A stretch of 64,000 nucleotides of DNA from an uncultured Acidobacteriota bacterium. GTDB lineage: Bacteria; Acidobacteriota; UBA6911; RPQK01; JAPXNP01. The stretch spans positions 1 through 64,000 of the forward strand of contig CAVZRV010000007.1 in the NCBI GenBank assembly GCA_963777605.1, in the 5' to 3' direction. Below, one piece after another: positions 39,779-51,602 of the stretch; the stretch's first letter is position 1; each line of letters starts with the position of its first letter. A model generated the notes under the pieces. It saw nothing but the letters and a program-made list of their open reading frames with translations. It was not told where the DNA came from and did not search any database. A program made the translations under genes and the position numbers.

Positions 39779-40165
39779 CTAAAGTCTTCCGATTAAGGCG
39801 GTAAACTCGGATTCGAATTGGAAGAAGTGCTGGTATCCGGGGAATTCTACCAACCGTCCAAATGTGATCGTCACCTTGAGGCGGGACGCCGATTGAAAGC
39901 GGCCCAACCGGTCGACCTTGATTTTCTCGCGCGACATTTCGAAACCCAAGGTGCGGGCTGTCGACATGATCTGTTCACGAATGGTCCGATCCTTCCAGTT
40001 TTCCGCCCCGGCCCGATTGACGATCCGGATGACCTCATCCTCAAAATTCACCTTGTCGAAGTAAACGGGACCAATCTTGTAGGTGAGGAAGAGTGAGACT
40101 GCCAACACAAGGGTGACGACAACGCAACCGAATTTGCTCTCGCCCCGGTTATTTCCCAGCATCAT
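39779..40165 (-). CDS. DUF4845-like single-TM protein
   Basis: NNRG-ESKFGC, TM, KIGPVY. Confidence 0.6.
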   Translation of the reverse strand: MMLGNNRGESKFGCVVVTLVLAVSLFLTYKIGPVYFDKVNFEDEVIRIVNRAGAENWKDRTIREQIMSTARTLGFEMSREKIKVDRLGRFQSASRLKVTITFGRLVEFPGYQHFFQFESEFTALIGRL

Positions 40166-40205
40166 GCACCGCCTATCTCGGATTCTCGCTCGAGCGTGGC
40201 TTGCC

Positions 40206-41264
40206 TCAGTATTCTCCTTCGTACCCCTTGAACAAGTATGCAGCGTCGTGCAAGGTGTTCTCCTTGCCATCGTGCGCAGCGTACTTTCTTCCTTCGTACA
40301 TGGAGACTCCGGCAAATTCGCCCTTGTTATTCAATGCATAGAAGAGAAGGTGAAAACGGGGCCTTCCCTTTGAATCCTGAAGGTAAGGCTCCACTGTGTT
40401 TTCAGCGATCCGCTGGAGAACTTTCAGTCCGGCTTCTTCGGGAGAATATCCCTGTCTCATGAACTCGACCACCATAAAACTCGCGCAAGTCTTGATATTG
40501 GCCTCTCCGCGCCCCGTGCTGCCACAGGCTCCGACCTCGTTGTCGACGTAGAGGCCCGCACCAATGATGGGGGAGTCACCGACCCTCCCGGGGAGTTTGT
40601 AGGAAAGACCACTGGTCGTGGTTACGCCCGAGATGTCTCCCGCCTCATTGATCGCGTTGCAGTTAATCGTCCCGTGGGTCCACATGATCTCTTGAAACAC
40701 CTCGCGCTCCGCCGAGGTAGCCGATCGCGGCAACCGGTCCGACGGGTCAATCCAGTTATCATCCGGATTCAGTTCCCGTTTCCACTTTAACCAAATCTCC
40801 CGTGACTCTTCTGTGAGCAAGTTCTCATTTTTGAAACCCATCGCCAATGCGAACTTCAGTGCGCCCTCTCCTACCAGGAGAACATGATCCGTCCGCTCCA
40901 TGACCAGCTTGGCAACCCGCGAGGGGGTCTTAATCCCTTCCAGGGCGGCTACCGCACCTGCCCCCCGAGTGGGGCCGTGCATTACCGACGAATCAAGCTG
41001 GACAACCCCTTCTTCGTTGGGTAAGCCCCCGTAGCCGACACTACGATCTTCCGGATCTTCCTCAACGATATTCACGCCAGCCACGACCGCGTCCAGCGTG
41101 TCTCCACCTTTCTGGATGAGTTCCATTGCCTTCGCGGTCGCTCTGAGCCCGTTCGCACTTGAAATCACCGCGGCTTGCCGCTTAGCGGGAAGAGCCATCA
41201 CCCTCTGCCCTGAAACAACCGCAGCCGCAAGCCCTGAAGTTCTGACAAATTCTCTTCGATTCAT
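40206..41264 (-). CDS. Glycosylasparaginase / asparaginase-2 family Ntn hydrolase with Tat signal
   Basis: MNRREFV, SVGYGGLPN, HGTI, TTTSGL..K.PGRVGDSPIIGAG. Confidence 0.9.
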   Translation of the reverse strand: MNRREFVRTSGLAAAVVSGQRVMALPAKRQAAVISSANGLRATAKAMELIQKGGDTLDAVVAGVNIVEEDPEDRSVGYGGLPNEEGVVQLDSSVMHGPTRGAGAVAALEGIKTPSRVAKLVMERTDHVLLVGEGALKFALAMGFKNENLLTEESREIWLKWKRELNPDDNWIDPSDRLPRSATSAEREVFQEIMWTHGTINCNAINEAGDISGVTTTSGLSYKLPGRVGDSPIIGAGLYVDNEVGACGSTGRGEANIKTCASFMVVEFMRQGYSPEEAGLKVLQRIAENTVEPYLQDSKGRPRFHLLFYALNNKGEFAGVSMYEGRKYAAHDGKENTLHDAAYLFKGYEGEY

Positions 41265-41378
41265 GATCGACTCCTCTTCCAACCGGCGCCGGAGTAAGAA
41301 TAGCAACAACATTCAGTTCGCACATGCCAAAAGCGCCGGCACTCCAAAATACGGGGCCCAAGCTGTCTCAGTGCAGGT

Positions 41379-42668
41379 CTAGCGAGAAGCGACACTTTGG
41401 ATGGAGTCGAAGAAACCGGGAAAGGAGACCGCCGCGCAGCCAGGATCATCGATCTCGACTCCGTTCTCAGCCATCAGGCCGAGGACCGCAAAGGCCATTG
41501 CGATCCGGTGATCGCCATACGTGCGGACCGATCCGCCTGAAATCCGGGGGGTATACGGAACAAAAAGGCCGTCGGGAGCCTCCTCTGCGGCAACGCCAAC
41601 CGATCGCAGGTTGGTCACGAGGGCTTGAATCCGGTCCGACTCCTTTTTCCTCAACTCTCCAGCGTCCGCAACCGTCAAGCCACCCGGAATCCGGGTCCCG
41701 AGAACCGACAGAATCGGAATCTCGTCGATCACGTTCGGAATGATTGCTCCCCCGAGCCGGCTGGGGAACGCTCCCAGGAAAGCGGAGTCGGATCTGACCG
41801 TCAGGTCGCATACCGGTTCCATCCCGACCAGCCGTTCGCCAGTTCGCTCAATGGCCGCCCCGCCTTCCTCGAGCAGCCCCAGCAGTCCCGCCCGAGACGG
41901 ATTGACTCCAACCGCTGAAAGACGCAATTCCGAACGAGACAGAAGGAGCGCCGCCACCACGAAAAAAACGGCCGAAGAGAGATCACCGGGGACCTGGACC
42001 GTGGCAGGTGTCAGTCGCGCGGGTCCCTCCACAGAGATCTCCATACCTGCTATGGAAACGGGAATGCCGAAAGCCGGCAACGCCCTTTCCGTGTGGTCCC
42101 GGGTTTGAACCGGCTCGACGACTGTCGTTACACCGGTTGCGGTCAGGCCAGCCAGGAGAACGCACGATTTTACCTGGGCACTGGCTACCGGCAATTCGTA
42201 GCGCAAAGGGGTCAGTTCCCGACCGTTGATGATCAACGGGGGAAACTCGCCTTCGCGGGCCTGGATTTCGGCCCCCATTGCAGTCAGTGGCCGGATGATG
42301 CGTCCCATCGGGCGGCGGTTCAACGACTCATCTCCGGAAATCGTCGACCGCATCGCCCGACCCGCAAGCGTACCGGACAACAGCCGAACGGTTGTGCCGC
42401 TGTTGCCCGCATCCAGCAACTCTCGGGGCTCTGTCCATTGCGACCAGCCATGGCTCGTGATGGAAACCTCCGACCCGTCCCGTTCTACCGAAACCCCCAA
42501 CCGACCGATGCAGCCCAGTGTGGACGAACAGTCGGCACTGCTTGAGAAATTGGTAATGTTCGTGCAACCTTCTGCCATGGCCCCGAGAATCGCAAAACGG
42601 TGGGAAATCGACTTATCCCCGGGGATGGCAACAACGCCCTCCAGGCGGCGGACCGGCTCAACTCTCAT
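41379..42668 (-). CDS. aroA: EPSP synthase
   Basis: [38 protein letters not shown]. Confidence 0.96.
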   Translation of the reverse strand: MRVEPVRRLEGVVAIPGDKSISHRFAILGAMAEGCTNITNFSSSADCSSTLGCIGRLGVSVERDGSEVSITSHGWSQWTEPRELLDAGNSGTTVRLLSGTLAGRAMRSTISGDESLNRRPMGRIIRPLTAMGAEIQAREGEFPPLIINGRELTPLRYELPVASAQVKSCVLLAGLTATGVTTVVEPVQTRDHTERALPAFGIPVSIAGMEISVEGPARLTPATVQVPGDLSSAVFFVVAALLLSRSELRLSAVGVNPSRAGLLGLLEEGGAAIERTGERLVGMEPVCDLTVRSDSAFLGAFPSRLGGAIIPNVIDEIPILSVLGTRIPGGLTVADAGELRKKESDRIQALVTNLRSVGVAAEEAPDGLFVPYTPRISGGSVRTYGDHRIAMAFAVLGLMAENGVEIDDPGCAAVSFPGFFDSIQSVASR

Positions 42669-44727
42669 GAACTCCTCCTCCAAAATCGAGTTCGAGTTCC
42701 TGCAGCTTCCTGACCTGATCCCGGTAGGCGGCCGCCTTCTCGAACTCGAACTTTTCCGCTGCTTCTTTCATCTTCTGCCGAAGATTTTCGATCTCCTGCT
42801 CGAGATCGGCCATTGATTCATACCGAGTCACTTCCTCGGCAACCTCGGAGATCTCGTAATAGTCCAACTGAGCCATCTGGAGCAGAGCAGAATCGACCGG
42901 CTTAATGATCGTCGTTGGAGTGATTCCGTGCTCTTCGTTGAATCGCCCCTGGATCTCCCGGCGCCGTTCCGTTTCGTCGATGGCCCGCTTCATCGATCCG
43001 GTGATTTTGTCGGCGTAGAAGATCACCTTTCCGTTCACGTTCCGGGCCGCCCGGCCGGCGGTCTGGATAAGGGCGGTGTCACTGCGCAGATAACCTTCCT
43101 TGTCCGCGTCAAGGATCGCCACCAGCGACACCTCCGGGAGGTCGAGACCTTCTCTGAGCAGGTTGACGCCGACCAGGACATCGAACCGTCCCAGCCGCAG
43201 ATCTCGCAGGATGCGCACCCGCTCGAGAGTATCGATTTCGGAGTGAAGATAGCGGACCGAGACACCGACTTCGGTGTAGTACTCAGTCAACTCCTCCGCC
43301 ATCCGCTTCGTCAAGGTAGCGACCAGGACCCTCTCACCAACGCTTGTCCGACGCCTGATTTCCTCCAGGAGGTCGTCAATCTGGCCGGCAACCGGCCTCA
43401 CATCGATTTCGGGATCCATCAGTCCGGTCGGCCGGATGATCTGCTCCACGACCTGTCCCGGGCAGGCCTGCATCTCGTAGGGACCCGGCGTTGCTGAAAC
43501 ATAAATGGTCTGAGGTCGCCGCTCCTCAAATTCGGCAAAGTTGAGGGGACGGTTGTCGAGAGCCGAGGGAAGGCGGAAGCCATATCGAACGAGATTCGAC
43601 TTGCGGGACCGGTCGCCTTGGTACATTCCACGAACCTGCGGGACCGTGACATGGCTCTCGTCAACCACCAGCAGGGATTCCTCGGGAAGGTAGTCCATCA
43701 GGGTTGGAGGAGGCGCACCGGGAAGACGTCCGGTCAAGTGCCTTGAATAGTTCTCAATCCCCCGGCAGTAACCCAGTGACTTGAGCATTTCCACGTCGAA
43801 CATCGTGCGCTGGTGAATCCGTTCGGCTTCGATCACCCGGCCCTCCCGTTCGAGGCCCGTCCGGAACTCGGCCAGTTCTTCCTTGATACTCTCGACCGCG
43901 GCCTGCCAGCGTTCCTTGGGAACAACGTAGTGGGTTCTGGGATAGATCGGAACCCGTTCGTGCTGCCTGAGAATCTCTCCAGTGAGCGGGTCGAATTGGC
44001 AGAGGTCTTCTATCTCGTTGCCGAAGAGCTCGATCCGAATCCCGCAGTCCTCGTAGGAAGGAACAAGTTCGATCACGTCACCACGCACCCGGAAAGATCC
44101 ACGAACCAGATCAAACTCGTTGCGCTGATACTGCAGTTCGACCAGGCGCCGGAGAATGTCCCTGCGCGAGATCGATTGGCCCCGCTCCAGCATCAGGAGC
44201 ATTCCGTAGTAGGCCTCCGGGGAACCCAGCCCGTAGATGCAGCTCACGCTGCAGACAATGATGCAGTCACGACGCTCGAACAGGGATCGGGTCGCCGAAT
44301 GGCGCATTTTGTCGATCTCGTCATTGATCGTCGATTCCTTCTCGATATAAGTATCGGTGGACGCGATGTAAGCCTCGGGCTGGTAGTAGTCGTAGTAGCT
44401 GACAAAGTACTCCACGGCGTTCTTGGGGAAGAAGTTCCGGAACTCCTGGTAGAGTTGCGCGGCCAGCGTCTTATTGTGGCTCAAGACCATGGTCGGGCGA
44501 TTCAGTTCGGCAATCAGGCGGGCCATCGTGAAGGTCTTTCCGGAACCGGTGACTCCCAGCAGAGTCTGATCACGGCATCCAGCTTCGACACCCTCACGGA
44601 GGCGAGCGATGGCCTGGCTCTGATCTTCACTCGGAGAGAACCTGGAAACCAACTCAAAGCTCCCCGAGTTCGCCAGTGCCCTCCCGTAGGCAACCCCTGA
44701 ATACTCCATCTCCGGCGGATTGGACAC
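42658..44727 (-). CDS. uvrB: Excinuclease ABC subunit B
   Basis: [35 protein letters not shown] and a C-terminal UVR domain. Confidence 0.97.
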   Translation of the reverse strand: MSNPPEMEYSGVAYGRALANSGSFELVSRFSPSEDQSQAIARLREGVEAGCRDQTLLGVTGSGKTFTMARLIAELNRPTMVLSHNKTLAAQLYQEFRNFFPKNAVEYFVSYYDYYQPEAYIASTDTYIEKESTINDEIDKMRHSATRSLFERRDCIIVCSVSCIYGLGSPEAYYGMLLMLERGQSISRRDILRRLVELQYQRNEFDLVRGSFRVRGDVIELVPSYEDCGIRIELFGNEIEDLCQFDPLTGEILRQHERVPIYPRTHYVVPKERWQAAVESIKEELAEFRTGLEREGRVIEAERIHQRTMFDVEMLKSLGYCRGIENYSRHLTGRLPGAPPPTLMDYLPEESLLVVDESHVTVPQVRGMYQGDRSRKSNLVRYGFRLPSALDNRPLNFAEFEERRPQTIYVSATPGPYEMQACPGQVVEQIIRPTGLMDPEIDVRPVAGQIDDLLEEIRRRTSVGERVLVATLTKRMAEELTEYYTEVGVSVRYLHSEIDTLERVRILRDLRLGRFDVLVGVNLLREGLDLPEVSLVAILDADKEGYLRSDTALIQTAGRAARNVNGKVIFYADKITGSMKRAIDETERRREIQGRFNEEHGITPTTIIKPVDSALLQMAQLDYYEISEVAEEVTRYESMADLEQEIENLRQKMKEAAEKFEFEKAAAYRDQVRKLQELELDFGGGVHES

Positions 44728-44887
44728 GTGCACATTATACGTGGGAGAAGAAAGCCTTCAGGAATCGTGAAGGTCACTCCGAGACAACCCGGCGTAAGGT
44801 CCGAGAGGTTGAGCGCAACCGGATCCAATTTCATGTCGACTCCCGGCCGGCCTTGATCCGGGGCTCGGGCGATCTTATAGCAAGACA

Positions 44888-47521
44888 ATGAATATGAACC
44901 GAATGACCGAGAAGGTCCGTGAGGCCCTGAACTCGGCAAATAGCATAGCAACAGAGGAGCACCACACCGAGATCGACGCGGTGCACCTCCTGATGGCCCT
45001 CTTGCAGCAGGACGGCGGGCTCGCGGGTTCTATCCTCCGCCGTACCCACGTTGACCCAGTCATTTTCGGAGAGCGATTGCAGGCCGCCATCCAGGCCAAG
45101 GCCCGGCTGAGTGGGTCAGAACCCGGACAGATCTATCTTTCTTCCGCCCTGGGCCGGCTCGTCGACTCCGCCGAACAGGAAGCCAAAAAGCTTCGGGACG
45201 ATTACGTCTCCGTTGAGCACCTGCTTCTGGCCATGGCAGTCGACCGGGGCGAGGTCGGCAATCTCTTCCGGGAGTTCGGGCTGACCCGGGAACTACTGAT
45301 GCAGGCGCTCCAGGAGATCCGTGGCAATCAGCGCGTCACCAGCGAGAACCCCGAGGCGACCTACGAAGCACTCGAGAAGTACGGCAGGGACCTGACCCAG
45401 GAGGCATCGACGGGGAAACTGGATCCCGTCATCGGGCGTGACGATGAAATTCGTCGCATTATCCAGGTGTTGTCGCGGCGCACCAAGAACAACCCGGTCC
45501 TCATCGGCGATCCCGGCGTCGGAAAGACCGCCATCGTCGAAGGACTGGCACAACGCATCGTCCGGGGAGACGTGCCGGAGGGTTTGAAAAACAAGAGGGT
45601 CGTCTCGCTCGACATGGGCTCGCTCATCGCAGGTGCCAAGTACCGCGGAGAGTTCGAAGAGCGACTCAAGGCGGTACTCAAGGAAGTTCAGTCCGCAGAA
45701 GGTGAGATCATCCTTTTTATTGACGAACTTCACACCGTGGTCGGAGCCGGCAAGGCCGAAGGGTCTATGGATGCCGGGAACCTGCTCAAGCCGATGCTGG
45801 CGCGGGGAGAACTTCACTGCATCGGGGCGACAACCATCGACGAGTACCGGAAATACATTGAAAAGGACAAGGCTCTGGAACGTCGGTTCCAGACCGTTCT
45901 CGTCAATCAACCCAGTGTGGAGGACACGATCTCCATCCTCCGCGGTTTAAAGGAGCGCTACGAGGTCCATCACGGCGTGAGAATCAAGGACTCAGCTCTG
46001 GTGGCCGCCGCGATTCTTTCGAATCGTTATATTGCGGATCGCTTCCTGCCCGACAAGGCGATTGACCTGGTTGACGAGGCAGCCGCCAAACTCAGGACCG
46101 AAATTGATTCGATGCCGACCCAGGTGGACGAACTCGAACGGCGGGTGATGCAACTTGAAATCGAACGGCAGGCGCTGAAACGGGAGAAAGATTCGTCGTC
46201 CCGCGACCGCCTGGCCCTCCTCGAGGCGGAACTCGCCGAGACTCGTTCCCAGGCCGACGAGTTGAAAGCCCAGTGGATGGCCGAGAAGAACGCTGTCCAG
46301 GAACTCCGGGCACTCAGAGAAGAAATGGAGCAGACCCGCATAGAGATTGAGAAGGCGGAACGAGAATACGATCTCAACCGGGTTGCCGAACTGCGTTATG
46401 GGCGGTTGGCAACTCTCGAGCAGCGACTTAAAGAGCGCGAGACACACATCCAGGAAACCCAGCAGAAGTCTCTCCTCCGCGAGGAGGTGGATGAAGAGGA
46501 TGTCGCGGGCATCGTCAGTCGATGGACCGGGATCCCCGTTTCCCGGCTGCTCGAGGGAGAGGTGGAGAAACTACTTCACCTCGATGAAGCACTTCACCAG
46601 CGGGTCGTCGGCCAGGACGAAGCGGTCAGCGCCGTAGCCGAGTCAGTGGTCCGGGCCCGTTCCGGGCTGAAGGATCCCAACCGGCCGGTGGGCAGCTTCA
46701 TTTTCCTCGGTCCCACGGGAGTCGGCAAGACCGAACTGGCGCGGGCCCTGGCCGAATTCCTGTTCAACGACGAGCACACCCTGATCCGGATTGACATGTC
46801 CGAGTATCAGGAGAAACACACGGTTGCCCGCCTCATTGGCGCGCCTCCTGGATATGTCGGTTACGAGGAGGGAGGGCAACTGACGGAGGCGGTCCGCCGG
46901 AGGCCATATTCGGTAGTTCTCTTCGACGAGATCGAAAAGGCCCATTTCGATGTCTTCAACGCCATGCTGCAGATCCTCGATGATGGCCGCCTCACCGACG
47001 GCCAGGGACGCACCGTTGACTTCAAGAATACGATCCTGATCATGACGTCGAACATCGGAAGCCGCCAAATTCTGGAATTTCGGGGCGGCCTCGAGGGACA
47101 AGACTACGAGCGGATGCAGTCCACGGTTCTGGAGGAACTTCGGCGCCATTTTCGTCCCGAGTTTCTTAACCGGGTCGATGACGTGATTGTCTTCCACTCG
47201 CTCGAGCGAGAGCACCTGAAAGAGATCGTTCACATTCAGATCAGGGGACTTCTGGAACGGTTGCGCGACCGAAAGATCTTTCTGGAACTGACCGATCAGG
47301 CGGTTGACCACCTGGTCCGCGTCGGCTACGACCCATCTTTTGGGGCCAGGCCGCTCAAGCGGGCGATTCAAAAGGAGGTTGAAAATCCATTGGCCCGGCT
47401 CATCGTGTCGGGCGAGGTTCGCAACGGGGATCGAGTGCAGGCCGACTTTGATCCAGACAGTGCCCGAATTCGCTTCGAGACAAGAAAGACAGCCGAAGAG
47501 GAGCAGGAAGAAATAGTCTGA
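44888..47521 (+). CDS. clpB: Chaperone ClpB
   Basis: Two AAA domains ([16 protein letters not shown]) and a long middle coiled coil with AELRYG. Confidence 0.97.
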   Translation: MNMNRMTEKVREALNSANSIATEEHHTEIDAVHLLMALLQQDGGLAGSILRRTHVDPVIFGERLQAAIQAKARLSGSEPGQIYLSSALGRLVDSAEQEAKKLRDDYVSVEHLLLAMAVDRGEVGNLFREFGLTRELLMQALQEIRGNQRVTSENPEATYEALEKYGRDLTQEASTGKLDPVIGRDDEIRRIIQVLSRRTKNNPVLIGDPGVGKTAIVEGLAQRIVRGDVPEGLKNKRVVSLDMGSLIAGAKYRGEFEERLKAVLKEVQSAEGEIILFIDELHTVVGAGKAEGSMDAGNLLKPMLARGELHCIGATTIDEYRKYIEKDKALERRFQTVLVNQPSVEDTISILRGLKERYEVHHGVRIKDSALVAAAILSNRYIADRFLPDKAIDLVDEAAAKLRTEIDSMPTQVDELERRVMQLEIERQALKREKDSSSRDRLALLEAELAETRSQADELKAQWMAEKNAVQELRALREEMEQTRIEIEKAEREYDLNRVAELRYGRLATLEQRLKERETHIQETQQKSLLREEVDEEDVAGIVSRWTGIPVSRLLEGEVEKLLHLDEALHQRVVGQDEAVSAVAESVVRARSGLKDPNRPVGSFIFLGPTGVGKTELARALAEFLFNDEHTLIRIDMSEYQEKHTVARLIGAPPGYVGYEEGGQLTEAVRRRPYSVVLFDEIEKAHFDVFNAMLQILDDGRLTDGQGRTVDFKNTILIMTSNIGSRQILEFRGGLEGQDYERMQSTVLEELRRHFRPEFLNRVDDVIVFHSLEREHLKEIVHIQIRGLLERLRDRKIFLELTDQAVDHLVRVGYDPSFGARPLKRAIQKEVENPLARLIVSGEVRNGDRVQADFDPDSARIRFETRKTAEEEQEEIV

Positions 47522-47561
47522 CCCGTCGAACTTTGTTCGCTCACCCGCCAATTGAGCCCAC

Positions 47562-49355
47562 TCAGGGGATCAACAGTTCCTGGCCCGGCCGGATCTGGTT
47601 GGGGTTGCGGATCCCGTTTCGTTCGCGGATCTGATTGACCGACGTTCCAAAACGAGCCGCAATATGGGCCAGGGTGTCCCCCCCTCGAACAACATACCGT
47701 CGAGCAGAAGGTTTCGCGGCAGAAGATTGACCGCCGGCAATCTTGAGCTCCATCCCGGGCCGAATGAGGTTGGGATTGGCGAGGCCGTTGGCATCCTGCA
47801 GAGCCGCCACTGTCGTCCCGAACCGGCGCGCTACCAGAGCAAGATTGTCGCCGCTGGCCACGCTGTAAACGACCGGGGCCTCAATCGCACTCGCGGCTTT
47901 GGCATCTGCAACCGGAGGATCCGCAGCTTCAATCTCCGCCTTCGCCGCCGTCACCGCAGCAGTATTTGACTTGCGCCGGATGAGCAAGACCTGACCCGGG
48001 TAAATTCGATTGGGGTTGTCCAGTCGATTGAGTCGCAAAATTTCGGCAGCAGGCACTTTCAACTCAGCTGAGATGGCCCCGACGGAATCGCCCGCTTCGA
48101 CCCGGTAACGTGCCGAACCGTCGGCAGCGACCAGGACTTCCCTTCCTGTGGGCCGGGCAGAGGCCAGGACCTTCTCAACCGATGCTCCCGTTCCGGGCGG
48201 AACACGCACTTCGATACCGGCAGGGATCACTCTCCTGCGGCTGGTCAGGATACGTTTCAGGTGCGGGTTGAGATCGCGCAGAATCTGGTCGTCGATGCCG
48301 TCTACGCTGGAAAAGTAGGAGATATCGTAGGCCTTCTGGAGCTGAACCGAATCAAATTCGAGGGGAGGAAGAATCTCGAGTTCCCCAAAATAGTCGCGGT
48401 AATTGCGGGCAACGGAGAGGGCGGCAAGAAACTCGGTGTAAAAGTTTCGACTGGCAAAGCCAAAGTATTTCGACTGGTACCTGCCCACGATTGTTAGCAG
48501 GTCATCCCCATACTGTTGCTTGGCCCGAAGCATTCCGTTGCGGCCGTGGTTGTAGCTGGTAATCGCCAGTGGCCAACTCCCGAGCAGTTGATAGTTCTCG
48601 GACAAAAGCCGGGCCGCCGCCTCGGTCGCCCGAATCGGGTCCAGGCGTTCATCTATCGTGCTCGTGATCTGCATATACGCGCGGCCGGTACCTCGGGTGA
48701 ACTGCCAGATTCCCGCCGCCCCGGCGTGCGAGTAGGCGTTGTAGTCGAAAGAAGACTCCACGTGGGGAATCATCGCCAATTCGACCGGAAGGCCGTAGCG
48801 GGCAAATGTCTTTTCGATCCACGGCAAGTACATCCCCGAGCGGATCAGGCTTTCCCTGAATTTCTCCCGGACGCCTCGCTGGTAGCGGATGGATTCCCGT
48901 TTCTGGCGGAGCAATTTCGTTGTGACCGGGTAGTCCAGTTCCCGAAAGACCTTGATCAAGTTGCGCGCCTCGGCCCCCAGTCCTGGGGCGTCCGGCCCGG
49001 ATCTAATGACCTCATCGAACGCTCCCTGGAGGGAGCGAAGCTGCCGCTTCAGGACCTCGCGCTGGCGCTTGGCTTCACGTGAATCGCCTTCGATTCCCCG
49101 ATCGAAGTGCTCGATTCGGTAAATCAGCCGTGGATCATCTTGATCGTGAAAGACGATTTCGGTCACGCGGTACTGGGTGAATACCTTTGTCCAAAAATCG
49201 ATCTGTCGTTCAAAACCCTTCGATGGAAACAGCCGTTCCACCTCGAGAAGGGAAAACCGCTCCCGATCCTTTCCGCTCGATGAGAACAGGACGCTCGGAA
49301 GAGATAGAAGAATCAGGACAAGAACCAGTGATGCTTTCCGGGACTCAATTTTCAT
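47562..49355 (-). CDS. MltD-like lytic transglycosylase with three LysM domains
   Basis: IPHVESSF, AAGIWQF..GTG, LAITSYNHG, and LysM Y.V..GD....IA x3. Confidence 0.92.
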   Translation of the reverse strand: MKIESRKASLVLVLILLSLPSVLFSSSGKDRERFSLLEVERLFPSKGFERQIDFWTKVFTQYRVTEIVFHDQDDPRLIYRIEHFDRGIEGDSREAKRQREVLKRQLRSLQGAFDEVIRSGPDAPGLGAEARNLIKVFRELDYPVTTKLLRQKRESIRYQRGVREKFRESLIRSGMYLPWIEKTFARYGLPVELAMIPHVESSFDYNAYSHAGAAGIWQFTRGTGRAYMQITSTIDERLDPIRATEAAARLLSENYQLLGSWPLAITSYNHGRNGMLRAKQQYGDDLLTIVGRYQSKYFGFASRNFYTEFLAALSVARNYRDYFGELEILPPLEFDSVQLQKAYDISYFSSVDGIDDQILRDLNPHLKRILTSRRRVIPAGIEVRVPPGTGASVEKVLASARPTGREVLVAADGSARYRVEAGDSVGAISAELKVPAAEILRLNRLDNPNRIYPGQVLLIRRKSNTAAVTAAKAEIEAADPPVADAKAASAIEAPVVYSVASGDNLALVARRFGTTVAALQDANGLANPNLIRPGMELKIAGGQSSAAKPSARRYVVRGGDTLAHIAARFGTSVNQIRERNGIRNPNQIRPGQELLIP

Positions 49356-49521
49356 ACGCGCAAGATGATTGAGATTGTAGCAGACCAATCCGAACAGGAG
49401 GGGATTGATCCCTCGGACGACTTGACCATTAAATGCAACATGTTTATTCTTATTTACCTGATTCGTAAAGCTGCTCCACACTCCTCGCTCCGAGCAGCGT
49501 CAATCGTCCAGCGGAGGGAAA

Positions 49522-50733
49522 ATGGTCATCAGAATCGTATCCAGAGGTCTGTTTCTGTTGCTTGCAGGCTCAATCCTGCTGGGACAGGCCGGGCACCAGG
49601 TGCCGGTCAACAACACGCGGTTGCCTGAACCATACGCAACCCCGTCAGCGAACAACAACCCACGCGTCGTTCCACAACCCGACGGGGCGCAATTGAGCGT
49701 ACCCTCCGGATTCAATGTTGGAGTCTGGGCGGATGGATTCAGCCGGCCGAGATTCATGCTCCTCGGTCCAGGCGGAGAAATCCTGCTGAGCGATTCTTCC
49801 AATGAAGGGAAAGTCTACGTGCTCCGGGATTCCGACGGCGATGGAACCGCAGACTCGCGACACGTCCTGGTCGAGGGCATGTATCGCCCGTACGGCCTCG
49901 CGTTCTGGAAAGACTACCTTTACGTCGCCGGGACCACCGAGATCAAGCGATGGCACTACAACCGGGGAACCATGCAAGTCGAGGGTGACGGGGAAACGAT
50001 TGTTACCTGGCCCGATTTCCAACGCGGCCACTGGACCCGATCGATCGTTTTCAGCCCTGACGGCAAGACCCTGTACGCCACGATCGGCTCGCAGTCGAAC
50101 GTGGACTCCGGCGAAGATCCGAGGCGGGCTGCAATCAACACCTACGATCCGGACGGCTCCAATCACAAAATCTTCGCGGCGGGCCTGCGGAATGTCATCG
50201 GCCTGGATTTCTACCCGGGCACGGATCAGCTCTGGGCTGCGGTCCAGGAACGGGACGCTCTCGGTGACGGTCTCGTTCCCGATTACTTCACTACCGTCAA
50301 CGAAGGTGAATTCTTCGGCTGGCCGTTCGCGTACACCGGCCCCCACGCCGATCCACGCAGAGAAGGCGAGCACCCCGACCTCGTTCAAAAGACCCGTTAC
50401 CCGGACGTCCTGATTCCTTCACACTCGGCGGTACTCGACACCGAGTTCTACACTGCGGACCAGTTTCCGGAGCACTACCGGGGCGGCGCTTTTCTCGCTT
50501 ACCACGGATCCTGGAACCGCGCGGAACGAACCGGCTACAAGGTGGCTTTCATCCCGTTTCAGAACGGGCGACCCGTCTCCGGCCCGGAGGACTTCCTGGT
50601 GGGCTGGTTGATCAATCCGGCAGAGAAGGAAGTCTGGGGCAGGCCGGTCGGCGTCCTGCAACTGCCGGACGGCTCCCTGCTGGTCTCAGATGACGGAGGA
50701 CGGAAGATCTGGCGGGTCTGGTACGAAGGCTAG
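49522..50733 (+). CDS. PQQ-dependent sugar/sorbosone dehydrogenase family, exported
   Basis: Signal peptide, GHWTR, GLRN..G, ERD.LGD.LVPDY, HGSWNR, GRPVGV, VSDD. Confidence 0.88.
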   Translation: MVIRIVSRGLFLLLAGSILLGQAGHQVPVNNTRLPEPYATPSANNNPRVVPQPDGAQLSVPSGFNVGVWADGFSRPRFMLLGPGGEILLSDSSNEGKVYVLRDSDGDGTADSRHVLVEGMYRPYGLAFWKDYLYVAGTTEIKRWHYNRGTMQVEGDGETIVTWPDFQRGHWTRSIVFSPDGKTLYATIGSQSNVDSGEDPRRAAINTYDPDGSNHKIFAAGLRNVIGLDFYPGTDQLWAAVQERDALGDGLVPDYFTTVNEGEFFGWPFAYTGPHADPRREGEHPDLVQKTRYPDVLIPSHSAVLDTEFYTADQFPEHYRGGAFLAYHGSWNRAERTGYKVAFIPFQNGRPVSGPEDFLVGWLINPAEKEVWGRPVGVLQLPDGSLLVSDDGGRKIWRVWYEG

Positions 50734-50781
50734 CGGATCTCCCGGTCTCTATACAACCATCTCCTCCAGTGAGATCGCGCA

Positions 50782-51432
50782 ATGACCGTAGTCAGCATTC
50801 TGATAGCGACGACCTTGGCGTGGGCTCCCGGCGCCGCCCACGCCCCGTCCTTCTCCCACAAACTCCATCTCGATAACGTCGGACTCACCTGCACCGACTG
50901 CCATCAGGCAGCGCTCGAGACGGATGTCGATTCGGACACTATGTTTCCGTCACCCGAAACCTGTTTCGGGTGTCATGGTGCAGACCAGTCGGATGACTGT
51001 AAAATCTGTGGCGCGGTCGATCGCCTGAAGTCGCTGGCCAAACCGATCCCCGGGATCATCTTCGACCACAAAACTCACCTCACCAGCCCCCGCTTTCTCG
51101 AGCAACTCAGCCCGACTCCATCGGGGGATCAAGCGGATCCCGATTCCACCAAAAGCGTCTGTCTCTCATGCCATCACGGTATTGACCAAATTGCCATTGG
51201 AGGCACCAAAAATTTTCCTGCGATGTCGGAATGCCTCGGCTGCCATCCCTTTCAGGGGGATCCAATGGCGTCTTGTCGAACGTGCCATTCCGGAGAGTTC
51301 AACCTGCTTCCGCCCAATCATCGCTCGAAGACTTTCTTCGACGATCATTCCCGAACGGAACCCCTCTATGACCGGTCAACGTGCCGCATGTGCCACAGTT
51401 CTGAATACAATCCGTGCACACAATGTCACTAA
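50782..51432 (+). CDS. Multiheme c-type cytochrome (c3/c7-like)
   Basis: Signal peptide, FSHKLH and FDHKTH, seven CxxCH motifs plus one CKICG. Confidence 0.9.
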   Translation: MTVVSILIATTLAWAPGAAHAPSFSHKLHLDNVGLTCTDCHQAALETDVDSDTMFPSPETCFGCHGADQSDDCKICGAVDRLKSLAKPIPGIIFDHKTHLTSPRFLEQLSPTPSGDQADPDSTKSVCLSCHHGIDQIAIGGTKNFPAMSECLGCHPFQGDPMASCRTCHSGEFNLLPPNHRSKTFFDDHSRTEPLYDRSTCRMCHSSEYNPCTQCH

Positions 51433-51602
51433 CTGAAAAGGTCGGCGGTATCCCCTGCAGTCGTATCCACGCAAAAATCGATTGCAACTCTAATCTCAAA
51501 GCAGTGTAAGCATTCGTATTCAGTTTCTTATCGGATTGATTCCGTAGCTCTATTCGATTAACATCTCCGTGTTAATTTGATCCAAGGATAGGAGTAGCAG
51601 CA

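Noticed and set aside
44808-44830. HAIR (HspR) operator upstream of clpB
   Set aside because: Only the left half (TTGAGC) fits. The right half matches poorly.
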